Shown here in pieces: positions 24,927 through 27,084 of a DNA stretch of 27,084 bases; position 1 is the first letter of the stretch, and each line of letters opens with the position of its first letter. The stretch is taken from positions 1-27,084 of IMG/VR virus record IMGVR_UViG_3300022200_008417, one strand, 5' to 3'. The notes beneath the pieces were generated by a model. The model had not been told where the DNA came from. It searched no databases and was given only the letters and a program-made list of their open reading frames with translations. The stretch comes from a virus. Taxonomy: Duplodnaviria > Caudoviricetes. A program made the position numbers and the translations under genes.

Positions 24927-24954
24927 GAGGGGGGCATTGCCCCTCTCTTTTTTT
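24927..24954 (+). terminator. Intrinsic terminator between convergent genes
   Basis: GAGGGGGGC-ATT-GCCCCTCTC-TTTTTTT. Confidence 0.8.
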
Positions 24955-26023
24955 AGATTGGTTTTAGAAAGCCTTCAAAAGAAGCAGCGATATTAGCGCC
25001 GGCTTGTGATGCGTATGCCATGATACCAACTATGGATAAAGGAGAGAACTTTTTAGGAACCTCATATCTAAAATTATTTGCAGATGATTCCAAGAAGACA
25101 GAGTCTATAACCTGGAAGTGACCTTCATACTTAACGCCTTCATGAGAGTTTGCCACGAGTCTGATTGCCACAGGTTTACCGGCCGTACAAGAAGCACTCC
25201 ACCCAGTTACGTATAAATTATGTGTAGCTGGTACCATTTTCCTTGCTTGCAAGGCGCTGTTTGTTCCTGCGTTAATTCTAGCATATACAGTTGAAGCAGC
25301 TCCTTGCTTATAACACGTTATAATTCCAGCAGCCGCTGCACCAGTACCTGTCTCAGCAGCATGGAAATCATTAACAAAGATAGTTGATGCTGTTCCAATA
25401 TTTACAGGTGTAAGGCCACTTGTTAGTGCGATATGGCGGGTGGGTAAGCCATCTGTATCGATGCCGTGCATGAGAACAACTTGCACGCCAGTGCCGCCGG
25501 CAGACTTGTCTAGAATTCGATAATGGTGGCCTGAAGTTGTGGGGGTTGGTCCGTCTTCTGTTTCAAACCCCTCAACTGTAAGTTGTGTGTCTGAATCTAC
25601 AGAAGTTATTACAGAGGTAGTACCATTACTTAAATTAATTATATGGTCATTTGAGGCTAGTGTTAGAGAAGTAAAATTGGCTGATGAATCTTCAATAGTA
25701 GTAGAAGACCCTCCAGTGGCAACCCCCGAATACATGGCCACCCCAAAGTCTTGGGCGCCAGTAGATACTACTTGCATCTGTTCACCGGTTTTTGCAGGGG
25801 TTGGTATTTGAGTAGCAGCTCCATTCCAAACAGCTACACCAGTAGTTGCAACTTCTACTGCAAGCCTCTCGCCGTTAGCATGAAATGGGTAAAAAGTCGG
25901 CATATTACGCACGGCAATATCATACCCGCAGGGTACCGACGTAACCATTATCTTGTTGGCTATCTGCCGTACTTGAAATACGTTACTGTCCGAATCAACA
26001 AACTTTATGCAGGGAGTGTACAT
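24953..26023 (-). CDS. Probable beta-rich virion structural/accessory protein
   Basis: Thr/Gly/Ala-rich, 356 aa from the ATG at 26023 (AAGGGG RBS and a promoter just upstream). The ORF-track start at 26074 falls in the -35 box. Confidence 0.6.
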   Translation of the reverse strand: MYTPCIKFVDSDSNVFQVRQIANKIMVTSVPCGYDIAVRNMPTFYPFHANGERLAVEVATTGVAVWNGAATQIPTPAKTGEQMQVVSTGAQDFGVAMYSGVATGGSSTTIEDSSANFTSLTLASNDHIINLSNGTTSVITSVDSDTQLTVEGFETEDGPTPTTSGHHYRILDKSAGGTGVQVVLMHGIDTDGLPTRHIALTSGLTPVNIGTASTIFVNDFHAAETGTGAAAAGIITCYKQGAASTVYARINAGTNSALQARKMVPATHNLYVTGWSASCTAGKPVAIRLVANSHEGVKYEGHFQVIDSVFLESSANNFRYEVPKKFSPLSIVGIMAYASQAGANIAASFEGFLKPI

Positions 26024-26045
26024 ACAACTATTCCCCTTTTTTGCC

Positions 26046-26074
26046 AGTATACAAAACTTACATATAAAATGCAA
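26046..26074 (-). promoter_or_regulatory. Sigma70-like promoter TTGCAT-17-TATACT
   Basis: -35 at 26074-26069 and -10 at 26051-26046. Confidence 0.6.
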
Positions 26075-26080
26075 ATTTTT

Positions 26081-27084
26081 TTAGTTAGTATTTCTTTCTA
26101 TATAAGCAAACTGTCCGGTTGTGAAGGTAGCCGTCTCCGACCATTCGCCGAGCTCATAATCATATACCCTCCAATAGTATAGCTGATTTGAGTTTAGGTC
26201 AAAGCCGTCATTGACGTAGTAGTTTTTATCTAGATTATCAACATCAATAGCATTCGAATAATCATACCACCAGCTTCTGAACATAGTCACCTGAAGGTGA
26301 TATCGACCCCCGCTGTTACCCCTATCAACCCACTCAAATCTAGTCCTATCCGGATAGACATCTGTTGATTGTATTGGAGGCATTGTTAAAATAGCATTAT
26401 GTCCGAGCGGCTTAACCCCTATGTTTGCTCCCATCCCACTATCAAATACAAAATTATATGGGTTTAGGTTATAGACATTGTACCAACCATTCCAACTACC
26501 TCCCCAACCCCAATTCACATGGAAGAGGCTGTCTTGATAATTGAACCCATCTACAACAAACGCATGTCCACCAGCAGGATCGTAGCCACGGTATATAATA
26601 GGTCTACCATTTTCCAGCTCATTGACAAGAAGCTCAATCCAGTCTCCGGTATACATTGATTCAAATTCATATCTGCTGTTTGGGTCGTATCCAAAATATC
26701 TAATCAACCTATCATAAACCAAGTTGGTAGATGCACCAGACGAGTATGGACTATAGTTCATATTCATGGATACACCTGTGTGGTATAGAAGCCTAGCGAT
26801 CTCTTCGTTGGGGACATCGTTTGGCATTCTATCCCATGTATAGACCGTATTTGCAAAATCAGCGCACTGTTCACCGTATGTAGAATGTACATAGCAATAT
26901 AGTTGAGTGCCCGATTCTGGAAATTTCCAATAGTGCATGACTTGGGCCATTGCAACAGCTACGCATCCAGCATAGGTATGTCCACCTGGGCCATTTGGGT
27001 CTTCGGGGCAGTAGCTGTTCCAGCCAGTTCCCTGATGCCACTCTGCCTCTACTAGTGGACCAATAACACTCATTGGGTCTTCTC
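26081..27084 (-). CDS. Peptidase family C10 (streptopain/SpeB-like cysteine protease) with a C-terminal FN3-like domain, probably 5'-truncated
   Basis: WHQ...N.YCP, catalytic Cys in AGCVAVAMAQVM, His in GGHAFVVDG, and FHVNWGWGG. The frame is open to the window edge. Confidence 0.9.
   Translation of the reverse strand, partial: EDPMSVIGPLVEAEWHQGTGWNSYCPEDPNGPGGHTYAGCVAVAMAQVMHYWKFPESGTQLYCYVHSTYGEQCADFANTVYTWDRMPNDVPNEEIARLLYHTGVSMNMNYSPYSSGASTNLVYDRLIRYFGYDPNSRYEFESMYTGDWIELLVNELENGRPIIYRGYDPAGGHAFVVDGFNYQDSLFHVNWGWGGSWNGWYNVYNLNPYNFVFDSGMGANIGVKPLGHNAILTMPPIQSTDVYPDRTRFEWVDRGNSGGRYHLQVTMFRSWWYDYSNAIDVDNLDKNYYVNDGFDLNSNQLYYWRVYDYELGEWSETATFTTGQFAYIERNTN

Noticed and set aside
1058-26955. 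Many short opposite-strand or out-of-frame ORFs in the track (for example 5045-5368, 6478-6960, 9639-9974, 23746-24270, 25751-26182)
   Set aside because: They overlap well-supported genes, lack recognisable RBSs and motifs, and look like shadow frames.
1-27084. Stop-codon reassignment, as seen in some large phages
   Set aside because: Genes are long and tightly packed under code 11, and TAG (10563, 17484) and TGA (7634, 12249) end genes at sensible boundaries.

Overview
The window is the head, packaging and neck region of a large tailed dsDNA bacteriophage. It has bacterial Shine-Dalgarno sites and sigma70-like promoters, and TAA, TAG and TGA all act as stops. The minus-strand block (1-21982) encodes neck/tail-completion proteins, a Pol-beta-family nucleotidyltransferase, the major capsid protein, a decoration protein, scaffold-like proteins, a 972-aa prohead-protease polyprotein, an SF2 helicase, an intein-containing large terminase and a LigD phosphoesterase-ligase fusion. 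It also encodes many basic, Gly-rich orphan proteins. A plus-strand island (22137-24920) carries ClpP and a T5orf172/GIY-YIG-like gene. The window ends with a probable virion protein and a truncated C10 (streptopain-like) peptidase. The most striking signal is a K-x-A motif that is very frequent in the head proteins. A longer shared tag, KTAxxx(E)L(G/R/Q)F(H/Y/R)KxA, is attached to unrelated cargo modules, including the DNA ligase, and is conserved at the DNA level between genes. I infer this is a modular, shuffled capsid-targeting and protease-release system for virion cargo. A second signal is apparently inverted promoter logic: sigma70-like promoters lie upstream of the structural genes, while a separate 17-bp motif precedes the non-structural island. 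All product calls come from motif recognition by eye; no searches were run.
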